64,000 bases of DNA from Zancudomyces culisetae HAW-14-8. Its lineage: Eukaryota > Fungi > Kickxellomycota. Shown piece after piece: positions 12,600 through 21,973 of this stretch. The notes beneath the pieces were generated by a model. That model saw only the letters and a program-made list of their open reading frames with translations. It was not told the DNA's origin and searched no databases. The stretch covers positions 62,001 to 126,000 of the forward strand of contig JBNJNM010000006.1 in assembly GCA_052426225.1 (NCBI GenBank). The letters run 5' to 3'. The position numbers and the translations under genes were made by a program. Every line of letters begins with the position of its first letter. Position 1 is the first letter of the stretch.

Positions 12600-14915
12600 A
12601 TGAGGGTACTAAGTTTGTTACTTGCGTTCGTGGCTTCTGAAGTCATAAATGAAAATGCCTTGTGGAGCCAAATACTTCCACTACCTGGCAGACTGACCAA
12701 ACGAGACCTACCAAGCAGGATCATAGGCGGTTCAGCCGCAAACCCTGACGACTACAAATATATCGCACATATTATACGTGCAAGCGATGGTAGTCACGTT
12801 TGTACAGCAGAGCTGATAACATCCAACGTGATACTTACGACTGCCCATTGTATGAACGCTGTAAGCACCGATAAAAAAAACTGGGATGATATTCAAGTTT
12901 CACTGGGAAGCATACAAGCACTACCAAACAATGACAACACAGTCTACAACATAAAGAGTGTAGAGATACATCCAGAGTACGAAAATATTCCACCATACGC
13001 TAATGACATTGCCTTGATCTTTCTTGATCGATGTGTAAGTACCGATGTAGCTACCCCTGTGGAAATAGATACGGACCCTATTGATAAAAATAAGACATAC
13101 ATAGCAGCCGGCTTTGGATATACTTCTTCCAGTAGCAATACTTCGTCTGCATTAAATACCTTGAATGTAATCCAGGGTAGGCAAGACTATTGTAATAGAT
13201 TTCTAGCAAGTGAAAATGTACAGGGAAAGGTGTTTTGTGCTGGCGTCACGAAAGGAAAAACTGTATGTTCAGGAGACTCAGGAAGCCCGTTGACAGGGAC
13301 TGATCACTTAAAACTAAACGGTATTGCGAGTACATTGGTATCACTCACGGGTAAAGCTTGTGAGACAAAAGATACAATAGCGGTCTATATGCTTACAGCT
13401 TATTACTGGGACAACTTCATTTCAAAATATGTAGACTGTACAGGTCCAAACTGTAAAGTCAGTGAGTGCGAGAACGCGGAAGAAAGTGAGGAAGATACGA
13501 GTACTGAGTCGCATACAGATCTTGAATCATTGAGAACAGATGTAGCTACATCGTCAACTTTAGCAACTTCTTTAAGTTCTACCACCACGGCTACTACACC
13601 TATCACAACCACGTCCACACTTTCAGAAAACTCTAATAAAACTAAATCAGATGACCCAATACTTACAATGACTTTGATATTTGATTCGGATGATAAAGCA
13701 GATGTACAAAAGACCACTGACATACACAATGCCTCTAGTGTTTCTACACCAGATATAACTAGTATAGAGGATTCTCTCTCCTCCAACACATCTGTTCAGG
13801 AAGAAAATACTTTTACTGATTTTACTGAAGCCCCAGGATGCACCAAATCAATAGACTCTGTCGCATTTGGTAGCGCCGCAGGACAAACCACAGAAGATGT
13901 CTTTAATTGGGATAAAGCCATCAATTTGTCCTGTTCATCACAGCAATACGAGATTTTATTTAATATCGTTGATACAACATCGGATATATATTTTTCAATA
14001 AGTACAACAAAATCATCATCAACCCAAGGGGAATTTATTCAAGGAATTATCGGATTTAACAGTGGAAAGTGGTTGATTAGCTCAAGCAAAAACTCAGTTG
14101 CTGTTGATGTTAACCTTATCCCAGAAATATCTGAGAGTGTTGTGGTACGTGCTGACAGTTCTGGTATTAGCTTATGGATGTCTACAGGTGATATACCACT
14201 AATAAAATTATCTTCAAATAATTATGACAGTGCTGCACTTTCCAACTCACCCACACTATGGTTTGCATTTGGTGCTCAATACGACTCGGCAGGCGTCTCA
14301 AATATCACTTATACATGTATGAACACTGCAAGTTGTGAATTTTCGGCAACTTTCCAGGAGTCTGAATCCACATATTATTCATCACTAAACTACATAAACA
14401 CTCCACCGACAGCAGAACCTTGCGAATCCTTATCTGTAGGTCCAAACACATTGTTGTCTGCAGTAGATAAAAAAAAGGACTACGATTTTAGTAGAGCACT
14501 AACTATTCCATGCAACCAAACAGACTTTGAGTTTTCTGCAAATGTAATAGCCGAAAGCGACTTGTATGTCACACTTATGGATGCAAGTGGGTTTAGAGGA
14601 CCACTGGGTAACATTGAACTTCAATTTGGATTATCTTCAGACACAAATGCAATCAAGAGAGGAAAATATGCACAAGTTAAAAGATCAGATGTTCCGGCCT
14701 TAGTTTCTTCTAAAAACATCAAGATTGTCTTCAAAGACTATAAATTACAGATGTTAATAGACAACAACAACACAGTAACTCGTGACATGAAAAAATTTAT
14801 GGATGACACGGGCTTTGAGATTAAGAGCATGGCATTTGCGCCATTAACGGGAGTTGCGGCCCTTTATGCTCCTACATTTAGTTGTCCTGGTGCATCTACC
14901 TGCTCCAACCAGTAA
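12600..14915 (+). CDS. Secreted S1 (chymotrypsin-fold) serine protease with Ser/Thr linker and two C-terminal Cys-bounded domains of unknown family
   Basis: Signal-peptide-like N-terminus, KR then R|IIGG activation site, triad motifs TTAHC / DIALI / GDSGSP. Paralogous to 15977-21973 along its whole architecture. Confidence 0.9.
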   Translation: MRVLSLLLAFVASEVINENALWSQILPLPGRLTKRDLPSRIIGGSAANPDDYKYIAHIIRASDGSHVCTAELITSNVILTTAHCMNAVSTDKKNWDDIQVSLGSIQALPNNDNTVYNIKSVEIHPEYENIPPYANDIALIFLDRCVSTDVATPVEIDTDPIDKNKTYIAAGFGYTSSSSNTSSALNTLNVIQGRQDYCNRFLASENVQGKVFCAGVTKGKTVCSGDSGSPLTGTDHLKLNGIASTLVSLTGKACETKDTIAVYMLTAYYWDNFISKYVDCTGPNCKVSECENAEESEEDTSTESHTDLESLRTDVATSSTLATSLSSTTTATTPITTTSTLSENSNKTKSDDPILTMTLIFDSDDKADVQKTTDIHNASSVSTPDITSIEDSLSSNTSVQEENTFTDFTEAPGCTKSIDSVAFGSAAGQTTEDVFNWDKAINLSCSSQQYEILFNIVDTTSDIYFSISTTKSSSTQGEFIQGIIGFNSGKWLISSSKNSVAVDVNLIPEISESVVVRADSSGISLWMSTGDIPLIKLSSNNYDSAALSNSPTLWFAFGAQYDSAGVSNITYTCMNTASCEFSATFQESESTYYSSLNYINTPPTAEPCESLSVGPNTLLSAVDKKKDYDFSRALTIPCNQTDFEFSANVIAESDLYVTLMDASGFRGPLGNIELQFGLSSDTNAIKRGKYAQVKRSDVPALVSSKNIKIVFKDYKLQMLIDNNNTVTRDMKKFMDDTGFEIKSMAFAPLTGVAALYAPTFSCPGASTCSNQ

Positions 14916-15111
14916 GTTTTTTTTATTATTGAAAATGCTTTTGTAATTGAATATCACTAAAGTTTCAATTAAATCAAATGGTAGAGGTACCAAAGTACGT
15001 GGCATCGCAAAATAGTAAAATATTTTTGAATTTAATCGTTTTCCTTTTGATGCTGAATTTAGCAAATGGTTTATGTTTTTACTTGATGAATTTAAATAAA
15101 TATCCCATAAA

Positions 15112-15690
15112 ACTACAAAAAATAATCCTATAAAATATCTACCTAACCAATTCCCCTCCCGTCCCTCTAGGGACTCCATACCCACCGGGCGTTGGTTCAA
15201 GGAGGCTGTTTCTGATCTAAGTCGGTCTAAGATTTGCATCCTCGTTCGACATATTCTGTTCAGAAATTGTGCCGTTACCAGCTCAACCAAAGATGGTGCT
15301 TCGGTTTCTCTCTTCTTAACGGAGAGAGTAACCATTCTTTTTGACTCCCCTCCAAGGAGTCGCCCTACAAAAAAATTCCGCCACCCTTCACTACTACCTC
15401 TCTCCTCACTTCCGACAGTTGACATATCTGGGATACGTTCCAGAGTTTTATACCTAACTCCAGTCCAGTATCTACAGTCCAGTAACATGTGTTCAATGGT
15501 TTCTGCGCTGTTTTTTTTAACAAAATGGGCACCTAGTCTTGAACTTTTCATATATTATCTTCAACTTTGCCAGCCTCTCTGCTGTTCAGAACCTACCTGT
15601 TCTTATCCTCCCCATCTCTATAAGTGCCTGCTTATGCTCGGGATATGTAAGTTGCAAGTAGATCCAGTTAATAATCCCTTCATGATTTTG
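15112..15690 (-). mobile_element. 5'-truncated, pseudogenised non-LTR retrotransposon (C-terminal zinc-knuckle region of the RT ORF)
   Basis: Minus strand reads ..GRIRTGRF*TAERLAK..KTRCPFC*K(frameshift in A-run)SAETIEHMLLDC.., the CX2C..HX4C knuckle typical of LINE ORF2 ends, with two stops and a frameshift. Confidence 0.8.
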
Positions 15691-15976
15691 GACTTGTTAC
15701 TTTGCGTATTTTTTTTATCCTTTCTCTTTTTTGCTCGAAATTTTTATTTAATAATTAAAACTAAAAAATAAAGATCTCGAATGAGTACCTAACCGATGCC
15801 TATCGATTATCTAGGAAATCCATACCCACTAGATAATTTTCAGAAAAACAATAACTCAAGCATGACCGGAAAGATGTTGAGCAATAAAAAAAAGCTACAT
15901 AATTACCGAGTATTGGCAAATATATTGTATAAGTTACGAAAAAACATGAAAAAAAGTTAATTTAAAGCTGATGCAG

Positions 15977-18900
15977 CTAGTGGGCCTCATCAGAATCTAG
16001 AACTGGAGTAATAGACAGACTCTCTTGCTGCTCACAGTTAGAAATGCTTTCACATGAAAAAGTAGGGTTGAAGACTCCGGCGGTGCCCTTAAATGGTGCC
16101 ATAGCTAGGGAAGTCATGCTAAAGTTGGAAATCTTGTATGATGCCTTAAGCGAGTTGTTGACAAAGACTTGAAGTTGAGAATCTTTGTAAACAATCTTGA
16201 TATCTTGCAAGTTTGCTCTTGTGAAAAGGTTGCTTCGTTTAACCAAAGCGTATTTACCCTTCTTGATGGAACTGATACCAGATGACAAACCAAATTGAGC
16301 TTCAACTACACCGTTAGGACTGTAGAACCCGCTGTCGTCCATGAGTGCAACAAAGAAGTCTGAGCTAGCAGAGATACTAGCAGTGAACTCAAAGTCGCTT
16401 GTATCACATGGAATTGTAAGAGCGTGCGTGAAGTCGTAGTCTTTGTTCTTTTTAGTAGATGATATAACAATGTTAGGACCAACAGAGGTTGAATCACAAG
16501 TAGATGAGCTTGAGCTAGTAGATGTAGTTGAGCTGGTTGATGTTGAGCTAGTTGAAGTGCTTGTTGGTGAGGTGCTGGTTGTTGGGGATGTTGAGCTGGT
16601 TGTTGGGGATGTTGAGCTGGTTGTTGGGGATGTTGAGGTTGATGTTGAGCTGGTTGTTGATGTTGTTGGTGAGGTGCTAGTTGTTGGTGAAGTTGAGGTT
16701 GATGTTGAGCTGGTTGATGTTGAGCTAGTTGTTGGTGAAGTTGAGGTGCTTGTTGGTGAGGTGCTGGTTGTTGGGGATGTTGAGCTGGTTGTTGGTGAAG
16801 TTGAGGTTGATGTTGAGCTGGTTGATGTTGTTGAGCTGGTTGATGTTGAGCTAGTTGAAGTGCTTGTTGGTGAGGTGCTGGTTGTTGGGGATGTTGAGGT
16901 TGGGGATGTTGAGCTGGTTGTTGAGCTGGTTGAAGTGCTTGTTGGTGAGGTGCTAGTTGTTGGGGATGTTGAGCTGGTTGTTGGTGAGGTGCTAGTTGTT
17001 GGGGATGTTGAGGTTGATGTCGAGCTGGTTGATGTTGTTGAGCTGGTTGATGTTGAGCTAGTTGAAGTGCTTGTTGGTGAGGTGCTAGTTGTTGGGGATG
17101 TTGAGCTGGTTGTTGGGGATGTTGAGGTTGATGTTGTTGAGCTGGTTGTTGGTGAGGTGCTTGATGTTGAAGTTAGAGTTGAGGTGCTTGTTGATGTTGA
17201 GGTTGATGTTGAGGTTACGGTTGAGGTGCTTGTTGAGCTGGTTGAAGTGCTTGTTGGTGAGGTGCTTGTTGAGGATGTTGTTGGTGAAGTTGTTGGAGAT
17301 GTTGAGCTGGTTGTTGGATTTGGACAGTTGGTGTCATTACAGTTGTACTCTGCATTTTCAATTGATGTTGAATCCTTCTCAGCACCAAATGCAAGCCATG
17401 CACTTGGTGAGTTTTTGAATGTATTAACATCGTAATCACTTGGAGAAAGTGTCAAAATTGGTGTGCTGCCTCCTACCAATCCAATGCTAATTCCTGAACT
17501 GTTAATTCGAATATATACTTTTTCAGAATTTGCTGCTCCTGACATAACAGTTTGATCCTTGGAATAAACTGAAGATCCAATATACCATACTCCAGTGTTT
17601 ACACCAATTACACCTTCAATAACCTCGCTGTCAGTAAACAGTGATTTCTCAGTACTAATCGCAAAGTAGATATCTGAAGTTTGATCAATGTCGAATGTAA
17701 CAAGATAGTCTTGTGCTGGACAAGTAACGTCAATAGCACTGTCCCAGCTGTAATTGATAACTGAACTATCACCAGATCCCTGAGAAATTGGAATAATACT
17801 GATAGATTCAGAACAGTTAACACTCTCAGAACTAGTCGATGAGGTTGAGGTGCTAGTTGTTGGGGATGTTGTTGGTGAGGTTGAGCTGGTTGAAGTGCTT
17901 GTTGGTGAAGTTGTTGGTGAGGTGCTAGTTGTTGGTGATGTTGTTGATGAGGTTGAGCTAGTTGAAGTGCTTGTTGGTGAGGTGCTAGTTGTTGGGGATG
18001 TTGATGTTGAGCTGGTTGTTGGTGAGGTTGAGCTAGTTGAGGTGCTTGTTGGGGATGTTGAGGTTGATGTTAGGGATGTTGAGCTGGTTGTTGATGTTGT
18101 TGAGCTAGTTGTTGGGGATGTTGAGCTGGTTGTTGGTGAAGTTGTTGGTGAGGTGCTAGTTGTTGGGGATGTTGTTGGTGATGTAGTTGAGGATGTTGAG
18201 CTGGTTGAGGTGCTTGTTGGTGAGGTGCTGGTTGTTGGTGATGTTGAGCTGGTTGTTGGGGATGTTGAGCTAGTTGTTGGTGATGTTGTTGATGAGGTTG
18301 AGCTGGTTGAAGTGCTTGTTGGTGAGGTGCTAGTTGTTGGGGATGTTGAGCTGGTTGTTGGGGATGTTGAGGTTGATGTTGTTGAGCTGGTTGTTGGTGA
18401 GGTGCTTGATGTTGAAGTTAGAGTTGAGGTGCTTGTTGATGTTGAGGTTGATGTTGAGGTTACGGTTGAGGTGCTTGTTGAGCTGGTTGAAGTGCTTGTT
18501 GGTGAGGTGCTTGTTGAGGATGTTGTTGGGGGTGTTGAGGTGCTTGTTGGTGAAGTTGTTGGAGATGTTGAGCTGGTTGTTGGATTTGGACAGTTGGTGT
18601 CATTACAGTTGTACTCTGCATTTTCAATTGATGTTGAATCCTTCTCAGCACCAAATGCAAGCCATGCACTTGGTGAGTTTTTGAATGTATTAACATCGTA
18701 ATCACTTGGAGAAAGTGTCAAAATTGGTGTGCTGCCTCCTACCAATCCAATGCTAATTCCTGAACTGTTAATTCGAATATATACTTTTTCAGAATTTGCT
18801 GCTCCTGACATAACAGTTTGATCCTTGGAATAAACTGAAGATCCAATATACCATACTCCAGTGTTTACACCAATTACACCTTCAATAACCTCGCTGTCAG

Positions 18901-21900
18901 TAAACAGTGATTTCTCAGTACTAATCGCAAAGTAGATATCTGAAGTTTGACCAATGTCGAATGTAACAAGATAGTCTTGTGCTGGACAAGTAACGTCAAT
19001 AGCACTGTCCCAGCTGTAATTGATAACTGAACTATCACCAGATCCCTGAGAAATTGGAATAATACTGATAGATTCAGAACAGTTAACACTCTCAGAACTA
19101 GTCGATGAGGTTGAGGTTGAGGTGCTAGTTGTTGGGGATGTAGTTGGTGATGTTGTTGGTGAGGTTGAGCTGGTGCTTGATGAAGTTGAGCTGGTTGAAG
19201 TGCTTGTTGGTGAAGTTGTTGGTGAGGTGCTAGTTGTTGGGGATGTTGATGTTGAGCTGGTTGTTGGTGAGGTTGAGCTAGTTGAGGTGCTTGTTGGTGA
19301 TGTTGTTGGTGAGGTGCTAGTTGTTGGGGATGTAGTTGGGGATGTAGTTGGTGATGTAGTTGGTGATGTTGTTGGTGATGTTGAGCTGGTTGTTGGTGAG
19401 GTTGAGCTGGTTGTTGGTGAGGTTGAGCTGGTGCTTGATGAAGTTGAGCTGGTTGAAGTGCTTGTTGGTGAAGTTGTTGGTGAGGTGCTAGTTGTTGGGG
19501 ATGTTGATGTTGAGCTGGTTGTTGGTGAGGTTGAGCTAGTTGAGGTGCTTGTTGGTGAGGTGCTAGTTGTTGGGGATGTTGTTGGTGATGTAGTTGAGGA
19601 TGTTGAGCTGGTTGAGCTGGTTGTTGGTGAGGTTGAGCTGGTTGAGGTGCTTGTTGGTGAGGTTGTTGGTGATGTTGTTGGGGATGTTGAGCTGGTTGAG
19701 GTGCTTGTTGGTGAGGTTGTTGGTGATGTTGTTGGGGATGTTGAGCTGGTTGAGGTGCTTGTTGGTGAAGTTGAGCTGGTTGATGTTGTTGGGGATGTTG
19801 AGCTGGTTGAAGTGCTTGTTGGTGAAGTTGTTGGTGAGGTGCTAGTTGTTGGTGAGGTGCTAGTTGTTGGTGATGTAGTTGGGGATGTTGAGCTTGTTGG
19901 TGATGTAGTTGAGGATGTTGAGCTGGTTGTTGGGGATGTTGTTGGTGAGGTGCTGGTTGTTGGGGATGTTGATGTTGAGCTGGTTGTTGGTGAAGTTGTT
20001 GGTGAGGTGCTAGTTGTTGGGGATGTTGTTGGTGATGTAGTTGGTGGTGTTGAGCTGGTTGATGTTGTTGGTGATGTTGTTGGTGATGTTGATGTTGAGC
20101 TGGTGCTTGATGAGGTTGAGCTGGTTGATGTAATTGGACACTTTTCTGAATCGTTACATGTGTATTGAATATTTTCTATGATGGCTGAATCATTCTCGGC
20201 TCCAAATGCAAACCACACATCATTTACATTTGCAAATGCTTGAGCGTTATAGTTTGCTATCGGAAGTTCCAATATTACATCACCACTGCTTTTCAATCCA
20301 ATCTGTATCCCTGCACTATTAACCTTCACGTATGCTGTCTGTGTTCCTGCTGGAGCCTTGGCAACTGATTTGTCTACAGTGTAAAGTGATGTTCCAATAT
20401 ACCAATAGCCAGTGTTAACACCTATAGCACCTTGGATTACTGTATCATTATCAACCAATGTTTTTGTAGTAGAAATAGTAAAATATATGTCCGATGTCTG
20501 ATCGATATCAAATGTTACTTGATAGTCTTGCTTTGGACAAACAACATCGATAGCACTATCCCAGTCATAATTTACAATTGCGCTACTTCCTGAGCCTTGG
20601 TCAATTACGAGTTCGCTTATTGAAAGAGAACAGCTTGGTTCTACGGAAGATGAAGTGCTGGATGTTGTGGTTGATGTGGTTGTGGTTGATGTTGAGCTGG
20701 TTGTTGGGGATGTTGTTGGTGATGTAGTTGGGGATGTTGAGCTGGTTGGTGATGTTGAGCTAGTTGTTGGTGAGGTGCTAGTTGTTGGGGATGTTGATGT
20801 TGAGCTGGTTGTTGGTGAGGTTGATGTTGAGCTGGTTGTTGGTGATGTAGTTGGGGATGTTGAGCTGGTTGTTGGTGATGTTGATGATGTACTTGAGGAT
20901 GTTGAGCTAGTTGTTGATGAGGTGCTAGTTGTTGGTGATGTTGTTGGTGATGTTGAGCTGGTTGTTGGTGATGTTGAGCTGGTTGGTGATGTTGAGCTGG
21001 TTGTTGATGATGTTGATGATGTACTTGAGGATGTTGAGCTAGTTGTTGATGAAGTACTTGATGAGGTGCTTGGTGTAAAATCACACTCACTATCATCACA
21101 ATTTGGACCTGAACATCCATCTACATGTTGTGAGATAAATTCGTCCCAGTAATAGGACATCATCATATAAATAGCAACGGTGTTTGCAGAGTCACAAACC
21201 TTTCCGTTGACTGAAACGATTGAACTTACAATACCCACAAGTTTTTTGTAATCAAGCCCAGTCATTGGACCTCCCGAGTCACCCAAACATACGGATTTTC
21301 CTGTTGTAATGCCAGCACAGAATATTTTTCCATCAGCGTTATCGCTTCCAAGCATTCTGTCGCAATAGTCTTGTCTTCCTTGAATGACTTGAAGTTCATT
21401 TAGGACCGAGAGAGTACTATTTTCGTTTGAGGTATATCCAAATCCACTTACTGTATATGTTCCGGTTCTGTCGATGGGTGTTGTGTCGATTTCGATAGGT
21501 TCAGCCACATCAGGGCTTACACACTCGTCAAGGAACAACAGAGCAAGATCGTCCCTATATGGATCTTCATTGACATATTTGGGGTGGATTATAACATTCT
21601 TTACTGAGTAAATGTTGTCATTGTATGGAATAGGTTGAACACTTCCCACCCCGATTTGGATATTGTCCCACTGAATCTCGTCAACTGTGTTTGATTCGTA
21701 AAGACAATGCGCTGCAGTAAGAACCACGTTTGGTCTTATCAATTGACCTGTGCATCTATAGGAACTATCTTCAACGCTTTTGAAATACGCAATGTATTTG
21801 TAATTCTCGAGGTCGGCGTTCTCGCCACCTATGATTCTATCGCCAATGGATCTCTTTGAAAGCCTATTTGGAGTTTGGCTAAACAACCCAGCCTCAGGAG

Positions 21901-21973
21901 CACTAGTTGCACTACTTGGGCATAAGTTTGAAAGAACCAGGCCTAATATCGAAAGTCCTGATCTCGTTTTCAT
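15977..21973 (-). CDS. Giant (~2000 aa) secreted S1 serine protease with four mucin-like Ser/Thr/Pro tracts, three ~170-aa repeated domains and one C-terminal domain
   Basis: First ATG at 21973. Signal peptide, KRSIGDR|IIGG, triad TAAHC / DLALL / GDSGGP. Uninterrupted ORF through ~3.5 kb of repeats; no transmembrane or GPI-type hydrophobic tail. Confidence 0.9.
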   Translation of the reverse strand: MKTRSGLSILGLVLSNLCPSSATSAPEAGLFSQTPNRLSKRSIGDRIIGGENADLENYKYIAYFKSVEDSSYRCTGQLIRPNVVLTAAHCLYESNTVDEIQWDNIQIGVGSVQPIPYNDNIYSVKNVIIHPKYVNEDPYRDDLALLFLDECVSPDVAEPIEIDTTPIDRTGTYTVSGFGYTSNENSTLSVLNELQVIQGRQDYCDRMLGSDNADGKIFCAGITTGKSVCLGDSGGPMTGLDYKKLVGIVSSIVSVNGKVCDSANTVAIYMMMSYYWDEFISQHVDGCSGPNCDDSECDFTPSTSSSTSSTTSSTSSSTSSTSSTTSSTSPTSSTSPTTSSTSPTTSPTTSTSSTTSSTSSSTSSTSPTTSSTSPTTSPTTSSTSTSPTTSSTSTSPTTSTSPTTSSTSPTSSTSPTTSPTTSPTTSSTSTTTTSTTTSSTSSSVEPSCSLSISELVIDQGSGSSAIVNYDWDSAIDVVCPKQDYQVTFDIDQTSDIYFTISTTKTLVDNDTVIQGAIGVNTGYWYIGTSLYTVDKSVAKAPAGTQTAYVKVNSAGIQIGLKSSGDVILELPIANYNAQAFANVNDVWFAFGAENDSAIIENIQYTCNDSEKCPITSTSSTSSSTSSTSTSPTTSPTTSTSSTPPTTSPTTSPTTSTSPTTSPTTSSTSTSPTTSTSPTTSPTTSSTSSTTSPTSSTSPTTSPTTSTSPTTSTSPTTSPTSTSTSSTSPTTSTSSTSPTSTSTSSTSPTTSPTTSPTSTSTSSTSPTTSPTTSPTSTSTSSTSPTTSSTSSTSSTTSPTTSPTTSTSPTSTSTSSTSPTTSSTSTSPTTSTSPTTSPTSTSTSSTSSSTSSTSPTTSSTSPTTSSTSPTTSPTTSPTTSPTTSPTTSTSPTTSPTSTSTSSTSPTTSSTSTSPTTSTSPTTSPTSTSTSSTSSSTSSTSPTTSPTTSPTTSTSTSTSSTSSESVNCSESISIIPISQGSGDSSVINYSWDSAIDVTCPAQDYLVTFDIGQTSDIYFAISTEKSLFTDSEVIEGVIGVNTGVWYIGSSVYSKDQTVMSGAANSEKVYIRINSSGISIGLVGGSTPILTLSPSDYDVNTFKNSPSAWLAFGAEKDSTSIENAEYNCNDTNCPNPTTSSTSPTTSPTSTSTPPTTSSTSTSPTSTSTSSTSTSTVTSTSTSTSTSTSTLTSTSSTSPTTSSTTSTSTSPTTSSTSPTTSTSPTSTSTSSTSSTTSPTTSSTSPTTSSTSPTTSTSPTSTSTSSTSSTTSPTTSPTTSTSPTTSPTTSSTSPTTSSTTSTTSSTSLTSTSTSPTSTSTSSTSPTTSSTSTSPTTSTSPTSTSTSSTSSTTSPTTSTSPTTSPTSTSTSSTSPTTSPTTSTSTSSTSSESVNCSESISIIPISQGSGDSSVINYSWDSAIDVTCPAQDYLVTFDIDQTSDIYFAISTEKSLFTDSEVIEGVIGVNTGVWYIGSSVYSKDQTVMSGAANSEKVYIRINSSGISIGLVGGSTPILTLSPSDYDVNTFKNSPSAWLAFGAEKDSTSIENAEYNCNDTNCPNPTTSSTSPTTSPTTSSTSTSPTSTSTSSTSTSTVTSTSTSTSTSTSTLTSTSSTSPTTSSTTSTSTSPTTSSTSPTTSTSPTSTSTSSTSTSSTTSTSSTSTSTSPTTSTSPTTSSTSPTTSTSPTSTSTSSTTSSTSPTSTSPTTSTSPTSTSTSSTSTSSTTSTSSTSTSTSPTTSSTSPTTSTSPTSTSTSPTTSSTSTSSTSTSTSPTTSTSPTTSTTSSTSTSTSPTTSSTSPTTSSTSPTTSTSPTSTSTSSTSTSSTTSTSSSSSTCDSTSVGPNIVISSTKKNKDYDFTHALTIPCDTSDFEFTASISASSDFFVALMDDSGFYSPNGVVEAQFGLSSGISSIKKGKYALVKRSNLFTRANLQDIKIVYKDSQLQVFVNNSLKASYKISNFSMTSLAMAPFKGTAGVFNPTFSCESISNCEQQESLSITPVLDSDEAH
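16500..21075 (-). repeat. Coding minisatellite tracts encoding (T/S)TSPT-type mucin repeats: about 16500-17310, 17830-18580, 19100-20130, 20645-21075
   Basis: Shuffled 12-21 nt units such as gttgagctggttgttggggat and gaggtgctagttgttggt on the plus strand. Confidence 0.95.
17065..19110. repeat. Near-identical intragenic direct duplication, about 17065-17850 versus 18310-19110
   Basis: Offset 1266 bp over the globular domain and 1245 bp past a 21-bp indel. The only amino-acid difference I see in the domain is FDIGQ versus FDIDQ. Confidence 0.92.

Noticed and set aside
14844-15551. 235-aa minus-strand ORF as a host gene
   Set aside because: It is the frameshifted LINE relic reading through into AT-rich DNA and the end of the protease gene.
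16443-21152. Long Val/Leu/Glu/Asp/Gly and Gln/His/Pro ORFs; CRISPR-like or satellite array
   Set aside because: Antisense and alternative-frame shadows of the Ser/Thr/Pro coding repeats; no constant repeat with unique spacers.
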